Positions 39,101-48,849 are shown, counted from the first letter of the stretch. The stretch: DNA of 64,000 nucleotides from Deltaproteobacteria bacterium (GCA_034670305.1 JAXMNT010000025.1:43593-107592), one strand, 5' to 3'. Made by a program: numbers and translations. Notes: generated by a model not told the origin, from the sequence alone.

Positions 39101-39757
39101 CGCACGCCGGTGCTGCCGGCCGCACGACAGCTGCAAGAGCGCACCTTCGATGTGCAGCTCGCGCGCGACGGCTCCGGCACCGTGCGTGGCCAGGAGCTCA
39201 TCGTCGGGGCCATGGCCGGCGGCTACCGCAGCAACTACGAAGCCGAAGGGACCCGCGTCGAGCGGTTGCAGCGCGAACTCTCCGGCATCTTCCCTGGCGT
39301 CGAAGTGCAGGAGCCCGTGTTCGAGAACCTGGACGACTTCGAGTCGCCGGTGCGCTTTCGGTACGAGGCCACCGTGCCGCAGTTCGCCGAGCGCACGGGG
39401 ACCCAGCTGCAGGTCGCCACGTGGCCACTCGGTCGGCTCGTGTCCGCGTTTGCCACCGCGCCCACCCGGCGCCTTCCGATGGATCTCGGCGGCCGCTACG
39501 CGTACCGCGAGCGGCGGATCGTTCGCCCGGCGGCGGGACTCACCATCGCGCGTCTGCCCGACGGCGGGGAGGTGGAGTCGCCCTTTGGCTCCTTGAAGGT
39601 CGAGTTCAGCCGAGACGGCAGCGCGATCGTGATCCAGACCGAACTGATGATGAACCGCGACCGCATACCGGTTGCTGACTACCCCGCGTTCCGTGCGTGG
39701 GCCGAACAAGCCGACGCGATCTTGCGGCAGCGACTGATCTTGGAGGGGGCACAATGA
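36101..39757 (+). CDS. Secreted TPR + DUF3857 + transglutaminase-like protein (catalytic triad intact)
   Basis: Signal peptide AHA-Q, WQVVGPFDN domain, TPRs, FPDLEPGDTVE (DUF3857), RYVGLEFG, GDCKDK, FNHAI, LFLDGT. Confidence 0.9.
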   Translation: MRFSILLTLVLLVPPSFVGPAHAQRSRNPFDAETTRLAREVERNGRRPERAMVPLLDLIRYGEETSPGTTDRALSRLAASRRIDPMVRSFAATYHAYGMVGAGDPAGAQSRLDELGYVRHWQVVGPFDNEGKSGFDRELPPEAGRSGPVDREARFQGKEREVSWRAYPPDLNRYSYVDLDAVLRPNVNVCAYAETFVFSERAQPLTLWLGSGGANKVWFNGELAGTDTEYRSPEIDRSVALVGARAGWNRVLVKDCVADGKWGFFLRIGDVRGGQATGLRIDPGGATAAAAAPERAATLPTAPTAVLARLEAAVADDDEDAAAREALARFLAATGADDGDANRVRQLAERSVELQPNVDRILFAVRQVESRAERMRLAQQAEELAPRDPRVRLLRAELVAGGPDAGRALRMLDFPTNTITGMKAAWLRASMLEEDGLPLSGLALIEEMSETSGGALSWVSRLRRAYANLGRREASLRLTEQVLSMAYDNAEARRILIADALERDERDRLRAEVQHLRAAFPGSSRVLAEAAGLHEGLGEIDEALELYRTIIATCPDESSHHVQYGRALLRLGQPGPAADAFRAALVLRPQDGQTRRMLERIRPAAREDEAFAVDIEEILARRLESSDWPATMLQDLTVNTVYENGLSASFRQISYQVHSVEGARQMQSYPIFHEPGAEWVEVRSARVHRADGRVDESIRTGTRSLGDPRYRIYYNTAALVVQFPDLEPGDTVELRYRVENNSRRNEFNDYYGDLRPLRGRVPVQNFDYVLRTPTSREFYFNEPNLPRLTHERTQSGDRRIDRFRATNIAPVRSEPRMPGLTEVAPYLHVSTYDSWERLGRWWWGLAQDQLRPDEALERTVRELVDGATDTREKVARIYGWVLRNTRYVGLEFGIHGFKPYRITQVVERGFGDCKDKASLLYAMFRIAGIDARIALVRTRSNGDISDTPASLAAFNHAIAYVPELDLFLDGTTETNGTSELPPQDQGVMTLLVGPETVELRRTPVLPAARQLQERTFDVQLARDGSGTVRGQELIVGAMAGGYRSNYEAEGTRVERLQRELSGIFPGVEVQEPVFENLDDFESPVRFRYEATVPQFAERTGTQLQVATWPLGRLVSAFATAPTRRLPMDLGGRYAYRERRIVRPAAGLTIARLPDGGEVESPFGSLKVEFSRDGSAIVIQTELMMNRDRIPVADYPAFRAWAEQADAILRQRLILEGAQ

Positions 39758-42700
39758 ATCGCCCGACGGGTGGAGTGGGTTGGGGGTTCTCGACGGCCGC
39801 CGCGTTGCTGATGGGCGTGCTCTGCGTCGCCTGTGGACCACGCGGTTCGGGATCCACGTCGTCCACACCGACGGCGCTGGAGCAGCTCCGTGCCCGTGCG
39901 GAGGCGGCGCCCCAGGATGCGCAGATCTGGGCCCAGCTCGCCGAAGCCGAGATGCTCCACGACGGGGGCGATGCGTCGCGCGCCCGTGCGGCGATCGACC
40001 ACGCGCTCCAGCTTCGACAGGCCCCGTCGACGCTCTTCTTGTCTGGGCTCGAGTATGAGAACCACGGACAGCCGGACGAGTCGCTCGCGGCCTACATCGC
40101 GGCCATCGACGCCGCGCGTGCGTCCGACGATCCGCTCGCGGGCGTGGTCGCGGAGGTCTCTCTCGACGCGGTCCGACATCTGCGGGGTTCGGCACGCGGA
40201 TACGACGCGGCTCTCAATCCGCTGCTGCGCCGGGTCCTGACCGAACCGGGCAAGCTCGGCTTCGTCGCGGTGGAAGCGGCGAGTGGCCTACTCCGCCGGA
40301 GCGCGGCGCGGCGCGGCGACACACCCATGCGCGAAGAAGCGACGGCGGCCCTTGGTTGCCTCACCGAATGGCGCGCCGCCGGGCCCTTCGGTCCGTGGGC
40401 GATGCTCGACTTCGACCGGGCCTTTCCAGCAGAGGCGGTCGGTGCGCTCGGCGCGGAGTACGACCTCGGACCGGGCGCGGGCAGTCACCCGTCGTTCGAA
40501 CCCAAACACCACGACTGCCGGCTCGACCTCGCGGGTCCCGACCACCGCGGCTCCGGCACGACGGTGGCGGAGTCGTTCTTCGAGGTCGAACACGCCGGGC
40601 CACACCTCTTGACCATCGACAGCGCGGCGGGTCTGCGGGTGCGGGTGGACGGCGCCGAAGTGGCGCGGGTCGATCGCCGCGACCGCATGTTGCCGAGCTT
40701 CACGTACGTGTCGCTGCCGCTGACCGCGGGTCGGCACGAGCTCGAGATCTCGTTCGTCTCCAACTCGGGTGCGGTCTCGGCAACGGTGATGCTGGACCGC
40801 AACGACCGGGTGCAGCCGGGGTACGACCCACAGCGTGGCGTCGAACTGCCGACCACCGAGACCCACCTCGGTCACATCCTGCGGGCGCTGGCGCTTCGGG
40901 GTCGGGGCGACGGGCTCGGTGCCCGAGAGGCGTTCCGTCCCATCGCGGAGGCGAACTCGGCCGCGACCAAGTTGTTCGCCGCGGAGATGCTCGGCGCCGA
41001 CCCATTCATGCCACAGCGGCGCGCACAGGATCTGCGGCGCCGGCTCTACGAAGAAGCCGCGGCGCTCGACCCGCAGTCCGTGGTGGCGGCGCTCGCGCTG
41101 GTGCAGGCGCAACAAGGGGAGCAGGAGCAGTTCGCGGCGCTTCGAGCGGTGGTGGAACGGTTCCCGAACCTCGCGCCGGTTCAGCTCGCCTGGGCCGGAG
41201 CGTTGCGGCAGCGCGGGCAACAGTCCGAAGCGGAAGTCGTCATCCGCCACGTCGCCGAGCTGCTGCCGGCCGAGTGCGGTCCGGTGCGCGCGCTGCGGGG
41301 GTTGATCCGCTCCAATGACCGCGTCGCGGAAGCCAACTCGCTCGTGGAGCGGCTGATGCAGTGCAACGCGTCCTCGTCGGAGCGACTCGAGCTCCTGATG
41401 CGTCGCCGGCAGTGGGACGAAGCGCGCGCAGAGATCGAACGTCTGGAAGCCTTCGCGTCACCCGAAGCGACCCGAGCCCAGCAGCTCGTGCTGGCGGTGG
41501 CCACCGGCGACACCGCCACCGAGACGCGGATCCGCGCGGAGCTCGAAGAGGAGTCTCCGGACAGTCGGGACTCCACGCTTGGCCAGGTCGACCGGTTGCT
41601 TGCGGCGGGCGACCGCGCGGCGGCGATTCGTTTGCTCGACGAGGCGGCGGAACGCGACCCAGCTCGGATGAGCGGGCTGCGTTCGGTCCGACGGGACCTG
41701 ACGGGCCGGGACGAGCTGGAGCCGCTGCGACTCGACGGGCTCGCGCTCATTCGTGCCTACGAGGACGAACACACCGGCGACCACGCGGCGGCCGGACAGG
41801 TGCTGGTGCTCGACTACATGGTCGTCCGGTACTTCGACGATGGGTCGTCTCGCACGCTCATTCACCAGGTGACGAAGATCCAAGACGAGCAATCGCTCGA
41901 GCGCCTCGGCCAGATCTCCATTCGGGGCAACCTGCTCACGCTGCGTTCGGTGAAGCCGGACGGCCGGGTGCTCGAACCCGAAGCCATCGCGGGGCTCGAC
42001 AGCATCCCGATGAGCGACCTCGAGATCGGCGACTACGTCGAGTACGAGTACGTCACGACGAGCGGTCCGATGGTCAACGGCGCCATCTCGAACTCCGGAT
42101 GGTCCTTTCAGAACTACACCGAGCCGTTCGTCTTCAGTCAGATCATTGCGCTGCTTCCCGAAGGCCTGGACCTGGTGGTGGATCGCAGCGGTGGTGCACC
42201 TGAGGCGGTGGAGACCCGCCGCGGTGAACTGCGGCAGCTGACGTGGACGATGGAGAACGTGCCTGCGCTTCCGCAGGAACCGAGCAGTGTTCCGCTTCCG
42301 CCGTTCCGTCCGTACATGGCGTATGGGCAATGGACGTTCGTGAACCAGTTCCAAGCGCAGCTCGAAGGGCTGCGCGACAAGGATCCGTTCGACCCGGCGG
42401 TCGAGCGACTGGTGGCGCAGGTGCTCGGCGATCTGCGCGATGCACCGGCGCCGCAGAAGCTCGCACGGCTGCACCGCTGGGTGCTGGAAGAGATCGATCC
42501 TGCGGGCGGGTGGGGCGGCTACGCGCCGGTGATGGTCCATGCGCGGCGCGGCGACCGCACGCGGGTGCTGCGTTACATGCTGCAGATGGCTGGCTTGCCA
42601 ACCGACATCGTGATCGTCCGCGGCCTCGGCACGCCCGACCCGCGCACGCTCGCGAACGACGACGTGTACGAGACCGCGGTGCTTCGGGTCCGAGCGCCGG

Positions 42701-43476
42701 GCGCGCAGCCGCTCTTCGCCTTCGCGGAGATTCGAGGCACCACGTGGGATGTGCTCCCGGTCCAGGTGCGGGGCCAAGAAGGCGTCGTGCTCGCCGTTCC
42801 GAGCGAAGGAGACGCACTCGAACGGGTGACCCTCCCGGACCCCGGCCCGCAGATGGACCGCCACGTGGCGCACCTCGACGTGCAGCTCGAGCGCACGGGC
42901 GACGCCCGCGTGCGGGTGCGTGAGACTTTCTACGGCACCACCGCCGCGATGTGGCGTCAGCAACTCAAAGAAGTGCCGCCGGCAGAGCTCCCGCGTCTGA
43001 TGGCGGAGCAGTACGTGCCGCGTCTTCTGGTCGGTGCGGAGGTCGAGTCCGTGCAGGTGGGCGGCGTCGAGTCTTGGGACGCGCCGATCACGTTCGACTA
43101 CGCCGCGCGCGTCCGGGGTTACGCCCGTGTCCGTGGCGGTGCGCTGATGTTGCCGCCCATGCACCCGAGCAACCTCACCCGAAGCCACGCGCCGCTCCCG
43201 GCGCGCACGACGACGCAACTCGTTGGCGGCCACGTGCGTGAAGTGACGACGGTGGTCCGCGGCGTGTCTGCACAGACGCCGATTCCGCAAGCGGTCCAGT
43301 GGAGCGAACGCGGCATCCAGTACGCCCGGACGAGTCGTCGCGAAGGCAACGACCTGGTCGTCGAGCGCCATGTGCACGTCCCCTGGGGCACGGTGACGGC
43401 CGCGGACTACCCCGCGTTCGCGGTGCTCATCCGGCGACTCGCCGCAGTGGAGAGCGCGGAGATCGAGGTGCGGTAG
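39754..43476 (+). CDS. Lipoprotein paralog with TPR + DUF3857 and degenerate transglutaminase-like domain
   Basis: CVA-C lipobox, WRAAGPFG, DLEIGDYVEYEY; RRGDRTR at the position of GDCKDK; ATGA overlap with the upstream gene. Confidence 0.8.
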   Translation: MNRPTGGVGWGFSTAAALLMGVLCVACGPRGSGSTSSTPTALEQLRARAEAAPQDAQIWAQLAEAEMLHDGGDASRARAAIDHALQLRQAPSTLFLSGLEYENHGQPDESLAAYIAAIDAARASDDPLAGVVAEVSLDAVRHLRGSARGYDAALNPLLRRVLTEPGKLGFVAVEAASGLLRRSAARRGDTPMREEATAALGCLTEWRAAGPFGPWAMLDFDRAFPAEAVGALGAEYDLGPGAGSHPSFEPKHHDCRLDLAGPDHRGSGTTVAESFFEVEHAGPHLLTIDSAAGLRVRVDGAEVARVDRRDRMLPSFTYVSLPLTAGRHELEISFVSNSGAVSATVMLDRNDRVQPGYDPQRGVELPTTETHLGHILRALALRGRGDGLGAREAFRPIAEANSAATKLFAAEMLGADPFMPQRRAQDLRRRLYEEAAALDPQSVVAALALVQAQQGEQEQFAALRAVVERFPNLAPVQLAWAGALRQRGQQSEAEVVIRHVAELLPAECGPVRALRGLIRSNDRVAEANSLVERLMQCNASSSERLELLMRRRQWDEARAEIERLEAFASPEATRAQQLVLAVATGDTATETRIRAELEEESPDSRDSTLGQVDRLLAAGDRAAAIRLLDEAAERDPARMSGLRSVRRDLTGRDELEPLRLDGLALIRAYEDEHTGDHAAAGQVLVLDYMVVRYFDDGSSRTLIHQVTKIQDEQSLERLGQISIRGNLLTLRSVKPDGRVLEPEAIAGLDSIPMSDLEIGDYVEYEYVTTSGPMVNGAISNSGWSFQNYTEPFVFSQIIALLPEGLDLVVDRSGGAPEAVETRRGELRQLTWTMENVPALPQEPSSVPLPPFRPYMAYGQWTFVNQFQAQLEGLRDKDPFDPAVERLVAQVLGDLRDAPAPQKLARLHRWVLEEIDPAGGWGGYAPVMVHARRGDRTRVLRYMLQMAGLPTDIVIVRGLGTPDPRTLANDDVYETAVLRVRAPGAQPLFAFAEIRGTTWDVLPVQVRGQEGVVLAVPSEGDALERVTLPDPGPQMDRHVAHLDVQLERTGDARVRVRETFYGTTAAMWRQQLKEVPPAELPRLMAEQYVPRLLVGAEVESVQVGGVESWDAPITFDYAARVRGYARVRGGALMLPPMHPSNLTRSHAPLPARTTTQLVGGHVREVTTVVRGVSAQTPIPQAVQWSERGIQYARTSRREGNDLVVERHVHVPWGTVTAADYPAFAVLIRRLAAVESAEIEVR

Positions 43477-43595
43477 GAACGGGGGCCAAGGTGTTCCCCG
43501 TGCCCGTGCCCGAGGGCGTCGTTCCTTGCCCTTGCCCCTGCCCTTGGGGTCCTAAGGGGCTGCGTTGGAGTTCGAAGCCGACGCCGAAGCCGCAT

Positions 43596-43826
43596 GCTGA
43601 TTGCCGCTGATTCTGCCGCTGATTCTGCCGCTGATTCTGCCGCTGATGCTGCCGCTGATGCTGCCGCTGATGCTGCCGCTGATTCTGCCGCTGATGCTGC
43701 CGCTGATGCTGCCGCTGATGCTGCCGCTGATGCTGCCGCTGATGCTGCCGCTGATGCTGCCGCTGATGCTGCCGCTGATGCTGTCGCTGATGCTGCCGCT
43801 GATGCTGCCGCTGATGCTGCCGCTGA
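43596..43826 (+). repeat. 12-mer tandem array GCTGAT(G/T)CTGCC x18, locus C
   Basis: 18 full units from 43606 to 43821 plus partial flanks. Confidence 0.97.
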
Positions 43827-44090
43827 CGGTGCCCGGGGATGGGCGCATGCCCCGCCGCTGCTGCGTCCCTCCAACTCCCCCCTCTCCCGAAACCAAACCA
43901 AGAGCCGACGAGAACCGGCCACCAAGCAGGAGAGCCCCGCCCACGAGAAACAATCCAGCGGTTGGCTCTGGGGCTCAACCGGAATGACTGGTGACTTGCC
44001 AAGCGTGCACGTGGTCATGCCTGCGGGCGTTGCGTGACTTGTCGGCGCCCCTCCGTTTTGGGGGGAGTTCCGTCGCAGAAACCCCAGGGT

Positions 44091-44231
44091 GCCGAAGCCG
44101 GACGCCGACGCCGAAGCCGATGCCGATGCCGAAGCCGATGCCGACGCCGAAGCCGAAGCCGACGCCGAAGCCGATGCCGATGCCGATGCCGAAGCCGAAG
44201 CCGATGCCGATGCCGATGCCGATGCCGACCC
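44091..44231 (+). repeat. Degenerate hexamer array GCCGA[A/C/T], locus C
   Basis: Direct reading. Confidence 0.95.
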
Positions 44232-44246
44232 GGTCACCCTCCAGTT

Positions 44247-45623
44247 TCAGTACGCGGGGGCGGGGCGGAGTTCGTGCATGGGGGCGTACTCGGGTTCGTA
44301 GTCGGCGAGCGCGTCCGCGCAGCGATCGGACCACTCGCCGTAACCGAGCGTGTCGCGCGCGGCCTGCATGCAGGCGCGCCAGTGGGCGAGGGCGGGCTCG
44401 ACGAGGTGGCGGCGCAGCGACTCGCGCTCCTGGGGGATCGCGCCGATGGTCTCGTCGACGCTCTCCACCGCACCCGGCACATCGAGCTGCATCAGGTCTT
44501 GCGCGAGGTCGTGCTGAAGTTCTCCGCGGAGCGCCGCCGCGGCAACGCTCTGGCGGGAGAGGCCGAGGCCGTCCACCCGGTTCAACGCAGCTTCGGCCCG
44601 GCGCATCTGCGCCATGCGCCGCTGCATCCAAGGACGCAGCCGACGCTCGACCCAGCGGGTCGCGTTCCGCTCGGTGGCGGGGCCGGTGTAGGCGGGCGGC
44701 CGGTTGTGGCGGGCTCGGCGGAAGAGGGTGTTGGCGCGCTCGAACCGAGCTTCGGCCACCGCTTCGCGGGTGCGCCCAAGCTCCGCTGCCCACTCGGTGG
44801 GGGACAAGCCGGGGGAGGTGGCCATGAGTCGACCGCCGTGCCGCTCCCACAGCCGTTCGGCCCGTCGGTAGGCCTGCATCCGTTCCTGCCCACGAGCGCT
44901 CTGCGCAAAACGAACCTCGGCCTGGATCGCCTCGGCCGGTGGAAGGCGGCGGCGGCGCAGACGTCGAAGCGCTTCGGTGCGCGCTTCGGGCCCGAGCAGT
45001 TCGCTGGCCGCGAGCGCGATGCGGGTGCTCGCGCGTGGATGGGTGCGGGCGAACCGTTGTTCGAACAGCGACGCGTCCTCGAGCGCGACGTCGTGTGCGC
45101 CGAGCGCGCGTCGGAAGATGAACGCGTTCTCGAGCGACGCGGCGATCGCATCGCAGCGCGCGACGTCCTCTCCGCACACCGCCGCATCTCCCGTGACCGC
45201 GGATTCGAAGAACTCGGCGGCGCCGCCGAAGTCGCCGAGGGCCTGGTGCTCGGCGCCGAGCAGCATGAGCACATCCCGGCCCGCTTCCAGATCGCCATAA
45301 CTCTCGAGCAGCGTCAGCCGCTCTTCGATTTGAGTTCCCAGGCCAAGGGGGCTGGTGCTGACCGCGTGCAGCCGCGCGTCGGCGGGTTCGGGCGTGCGCC
45401 AGAGCATCGGCACTTCCGTTCGATCGTCGGCGTGTGCACGGGCGGCCGGCGTCGTGACGAACGGGATCTCGGACCACGCGGCGACCCAAGTCTCCGCGTT
45501 GGTGGAGGTCTCGAGGCCACCCGCGCCTGTCTGGCGCGGCCCTGGGGCATCGTCGAAGGGCGCACGAAGGAAGGCCAAGAGTGCGACTACGAGCGCGAAC
45601 CCGCGCGTGAAACGTTGTCGCAT
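44247..45623 (-). CDS. Secreted/membrane-anchored helical (TPR-like) hypothetical protein
   Basis: N-terminal hydrophobic segment, helical repeats, C-terminal C...EWSDRC...L...P pattern seen in myxobacterial TPR proteins. Confidence 0.6.
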   Translation of the reverse strand: MRQRFTRGFALVVALLAFLRAPFDDAPGPRQTGAGGLETSTNAETWVAAWSEIPFVTTPAARAHADDRTEVPMLWRTPEPADARLHAVSTSPLGLGTQIEERLTLLESYGDLEAGRDVLMLLGAEHQALGDFGGAAEFFESAVTGDAAVCGEDVARCDAIAASLENAFIFRRALGAHDVALEDASLFEQRFARTHPRASTRIALAASELLGPEARTEALRRLRRRRLPPAEAIQAEVRFAQSARGQERMQAYRRAERLWERHGGRLMATSPGLSPTEWAAELGRTREAVAEARFERANTLFRRARHNRPPAYTGPATERNATRWVERRLRPWMQRRMAQMRRAEAALNRVDGLGLSRQSVAAAALRGELQHDLAQDLMQLDVPGAVESVDETIGAIPQERESLRRHLVEPALAHWRACMQAARDTLGYGEWSDRCADALADYEPEYAPMHELRPAPAY

Positions 45624-45695
45624 GGTCGACCTCAGCACCCGTTCAGAATGCCTTATGGGGGGACGGGCCACAACGGCACCCCCAGCCGTTGAGGA

Positions 45696-48410
45696 TCACT
45701 CGGCGGCTTCGGGTTCGCCCGCGCCCGTTTGGGTCCGCGCTTTCTGGGCGCGCGGGCTGATGCCGGCCACCTGCAGCAGCGCCGGCTGCACGATCAACGT
45801 GGCGAAGAGACACCCTGCGACCGTCACGGCGATGAGTTCTCCGAATCGGCGGACCGGCACGAAGTTGGACATCAGGAGCACCGCGAAGCCAGCCATCAAG
45901 GTGATGGAGCTGACGACGATGGCGCGGCCGGTGCCGCGCGCCGCGCGGATGAGGGCAGGGTGGGCGCGCATGCCGCGTTCGCGGGTCTCTTCGCGGAAGC
46001 GGGCCAACACGTGGATCGTTCCGTCCACCGCCAAGCCGAGACTGATGGAGAAGATGATCACCGTCGCCACGTTCAGCGGAATACCGCGCGCGACCATGTA
46101 GGCCATCGTGAACACGAGCGGAATGACGTTCGGCGGGATGCTCAGCAGCCCGAGGCGAATGCTCCGGAAGAGCAGCGAGAGCAGCAGGAAGATGATGACG
46201 ACGGCGGTGAACAAGCTGCCAAGGAGATCGCCGACGACCGCATCCGTTCCGACCGAGCCGTCGTACGCCTCGCCAGTGAACGTCACCGTCACGTCGTCTG
46301 GCAGCGCGCCTCGAAGCTCTCCTTCGAGGTCGGTGATGAACCGCATCGTCGCTTGCGCGCCGACGTCGCGGACCTTGATCTGCAAGCGCAGGTGGTCGCG
46401 TGCGGGGGTCACCCACGCACCGAGCGGGTTCGCCTCTGCAGCCCGCGCCTCGAGAAGTCGCGAGAGCGCTTGGACTTGCGCCGGGTTCACGAACGGAGCG
46501 GTGCGCGCGGTCTCGTCCTCGCTCAGCAAGAACAGGGTCTGCCGCAGGATCTCGTTCTGGCTCATCGTGGCGAGCACTTCGTCCCGCCCCGACGCATAGG
46601 TCGCCACGGTGTCGACCGCCGCCAGCAGATCGGGATCGTAGAACCGGCCGGGCTCGGTGGTCGTCAGACTGACCTCGAGTGGACGCACGCCATCGAGTTC
46701 GTCTTCGAGGAGCCGGGTCGTCTGCGAGACAGGGTCGTTCGCGTCGAACTGGTCGAGCAGCTTGTGGTCGACGCGCAGCAAGGTCGCGGCGTAGGTCGCG
46801 CCAGCGAGCAAGACCCCGGTGAAGGCGAGGATCTGCCAGGGCCGCGCGAGCACCCACGCGGTCATGCGCATGATGCCGACTTCGAGGTTGCCGCCAGAGT
46901 TCACTCGGCGCTTCGCGGGCTTCTTCACCCACGTCAAAATCGCCGGCAAGAATGTGATCGTGACCACGTACGCGGCCATGACACCGAGCGCGGCGGTGAG
47001 GCCGAAGTGCCGCAGCATGACGGTGCGCGAGACGATGAGACTCGCCAGGCCGACTGCGGTCGTGACCGAGGTCAGCAGACACGCGATGGCCATGGCACGC
47101 ACGGTGCGCTGGCCCGCGATCAACTTGTCGTCCGTGCGGTGCAGCTCTTCTCGGTAGCGGCCGATCAGATGGATCGAGTCGCTGATGCCGATGATGATTA
47201 ACAGCGTCGGTATGATGTTGTTCAGGACGTTGAACGGCTCACCGACGAGCGCCATCGCACCGACGACCATCAGCGCGGTGATGCCGACGGCCGCGATCGG
47301 AAGGATGACGCCGGGCATCCAGCGCAGGGCGATCGCCAGAAGCAGGAGGCAGACCAGAAGGGTGAGCGGCACCAGGATGACTTGGTCGCTGCGGATGTTC
47401 TCCACGATCGCGCTGCGGAGGTAGGGCAGCCCGCCGAGATGGACTTCCACGCCATCGGGCGGCGGGTGTTCCGCCAAGTACGCGCGCAGGTCTTCCACGT
47501 GCAGACGCATCTCGCGGCCGCCGAGGTTCTCGAGGAACAGGGCCGTCACCGCGACGGTGTGATCTTCGCTGACCAGCCGGCCTTCGATCAGACTGGACTG
47601 GGAGAGCGCGAGTTTGAGCTCTTCGATGTCCTCTTCGGTGACCTCGTCGCCGTCGACGATGGGGTCGGCGCGCAGCTCGACCTGGAGCCTCGGTCCAAGC
47701 TCACGGTACCCACCGGGAAAACGGTCGGCGTCCGCTTCGACGAGCGAGATCAGCGCATCGACGATGTCCGCCTGCAGTTCGCCGGCCGCGTCTTCGTCCT
47801 CTTCTTCGCCGAAGAGTTCGCTCTCGAGGTCGGAGAGGCTGCCGCCGTTCGCGTCCTCGTCCGGGTCTTCGTCGTCGAACTCGTCCGGTTCGTCGTCGAG
47901 GGGTGCATCGTCCGGGAGGTCTTCATCCGGGGCGTCTTCATCCGGGGCGGGTGCGTCCTCGGGTGCCTCTTCGGGTGCGTCTTCGTCTTCCAGCGGTTCG
48001 TCGTCGTCGAACAGCTCTTGCTCCAGATCGTCGAACGACTGGCTCGTGTGGCTCGGCTCGATGCGCCGGGGCATCGGCGTGCGTGTCAGGCTGACGACCT
48101 GCTCGATCCAACCTTCCTCTTCGACGTGGCGCGTCACTTCGTTGAGGTACTGAAGCGGGGCCGGGCGGAGCACGTCGTCCGCCTTGATGAGCAACACCAT
48201 CACGCGATCGGTGTCGCCGAAGTCGTTCACGAAGCGGTTGGCCGCCGCTCGTTCGTCCTCGTCCCCTTCGAACGAGGAGATCAAACTCTCGACGGAGGGA
48301 TCGACTTCGATCTTTGGGATCTGCGATGCCAACGCCGCGGTGACGACGAGCAGACACCCGAGCACAAGCCCGCGTCGCGTAGTCACCACTGTCGCGAGCC
48401 AAGTCAGCAA
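45696..48410 (-). CDS. MMPL/RND-family lipid transporter
   Basis: Two TM bundles with IGISDSIH and GLAVDGTIH, LTSVTTAVG, GRAIVVSSITLMAGF, FVPVRRFG; TTG start. Confidence 0.9.
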   Translation of the reverse strand: MLTWLATVVTTRRGLVLGCLLVVTAALASQIPKIEVDPSVESLISSFEGDEDERAAANRFVNDFGDTDRVMVLLIKADDVLRPAPLQYLNEVTRHVEEEGWIEQVVSLTRTPMPRRIEPSHTSQSFDDLEQELFDDDEPLEDEDAPEEAPEDAPAPDEDAPDEDLPDDAPLDDEPDEFDDEDPDEDANGGSLSDLESELFGEEEDEDAAGELQADIVDALISLVEADADRFPGGYRELGPRLQVELRADPIVDGDEVTEEDIEELKLALSQSSLIEGRLVSEDHTVAVTALFLENLGGREMRLHVEDLRAYLAEHPPPDGVEVHLGGLPYLRSAIVENIRSDQVILVPLTLLVCLLLLAIALRWMPGVILPIAAVGITALMVVGAMALVGEPFNVLNNIIPTLLIIIGISDSIHLIGRYREELHRTDDKLIAGQRTVRAMAIACLLTSVTTAVGLASLIVSRTVMLRHFGLTAALGVMAAYVVTITFLPAILTWVKKPAKRRVNSGGNLEVGIMRMTAWVLARPWQILAFTGVLLAGATYAATLLRVDHKLLDQFDANDPVSQTTRLLEDELDGVRPLEVSLTTTEPGRFYDPDLLAAVDTVATYASGRDEVLATMSQNEILRQTLFLLSEDETARTAPFVNPAQVQALSRLLEARAAEANPLGAWVTPARDHLRLQIKVRDVGAQATMRFITDLEGELRGALPDDVTVTFTGEAYDGSVGTDAVVGDLLGSLFTAVVIIFLLLSLLFRSIRLGLLSIPPNVIPLVFTMAYMVARGIPLNVATVIIFSISLGLAVDGTIHVLARFREETRERGMRAHPALIRAARGTGRAIVVSSITLMAGFAVLLMSNFVPVRRFGELIAVTVAGCLFATLIVQPALLQVAGISPRAQKARTQTGAGEPEAAE

Positions 48411-48812
48411 ACGTCACTCCGTGCGGGCCAGTTCGGATGCCGACCTCGAAACTTCGTCTGGGAAGCCTCCAGAATCATTGCACCAGTCGTCATGCCGTCC
48501 GCGTCCGCGAGAGTCCGCGGAGGCCAGTGTCTACCCGCGTCTTTGGGGTTCCTGCAAGCGCTCGCGCGAGGTTTCCGAACCGAGTGCGCCTCCGCTGAGG
48601 CCCCATCGCCGACCGCTGGCTGCGTTGCCACGTCATTCCACGGCGTGAACATGTTCTACCGGGGCACGGGACCCGCACGTCTTCGGTGGATCGGATTCGC
48701 GGCCGTGGGCACAGCGTTGGGGGGCCAAAGAGCAACCAGGCATCGTCCCATGTTCCGGGATGGGATGTTGGGTGAACCGTCGTCGCTTGCACACAGACGC
48801 CAAAGGGGTCAA

Positions 48813-48840
48813 GTTAGTGACTCATCTATGGGTTACTAAC
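48813..48840. promoter_or_regulatory. AT-rich imperfect palindrome upstream of glgP
   Basis: GTTAGTGACTCAT-CT-ATGGGTTACTAAC (11/13 match), immediately before the GGAG SD. Confidence 0.5.
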
Positions 48841-48849
48841 GGAGATCCC

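Noticed and set aside
43407-44301. ORFs reading QHQR / ISGS / MLPL / ADAA repeats
   Set aside because: Products of the 12-mer and hexamer arrays in every frame; treated as non-coding, though translation cannot be excluded without proteomics.
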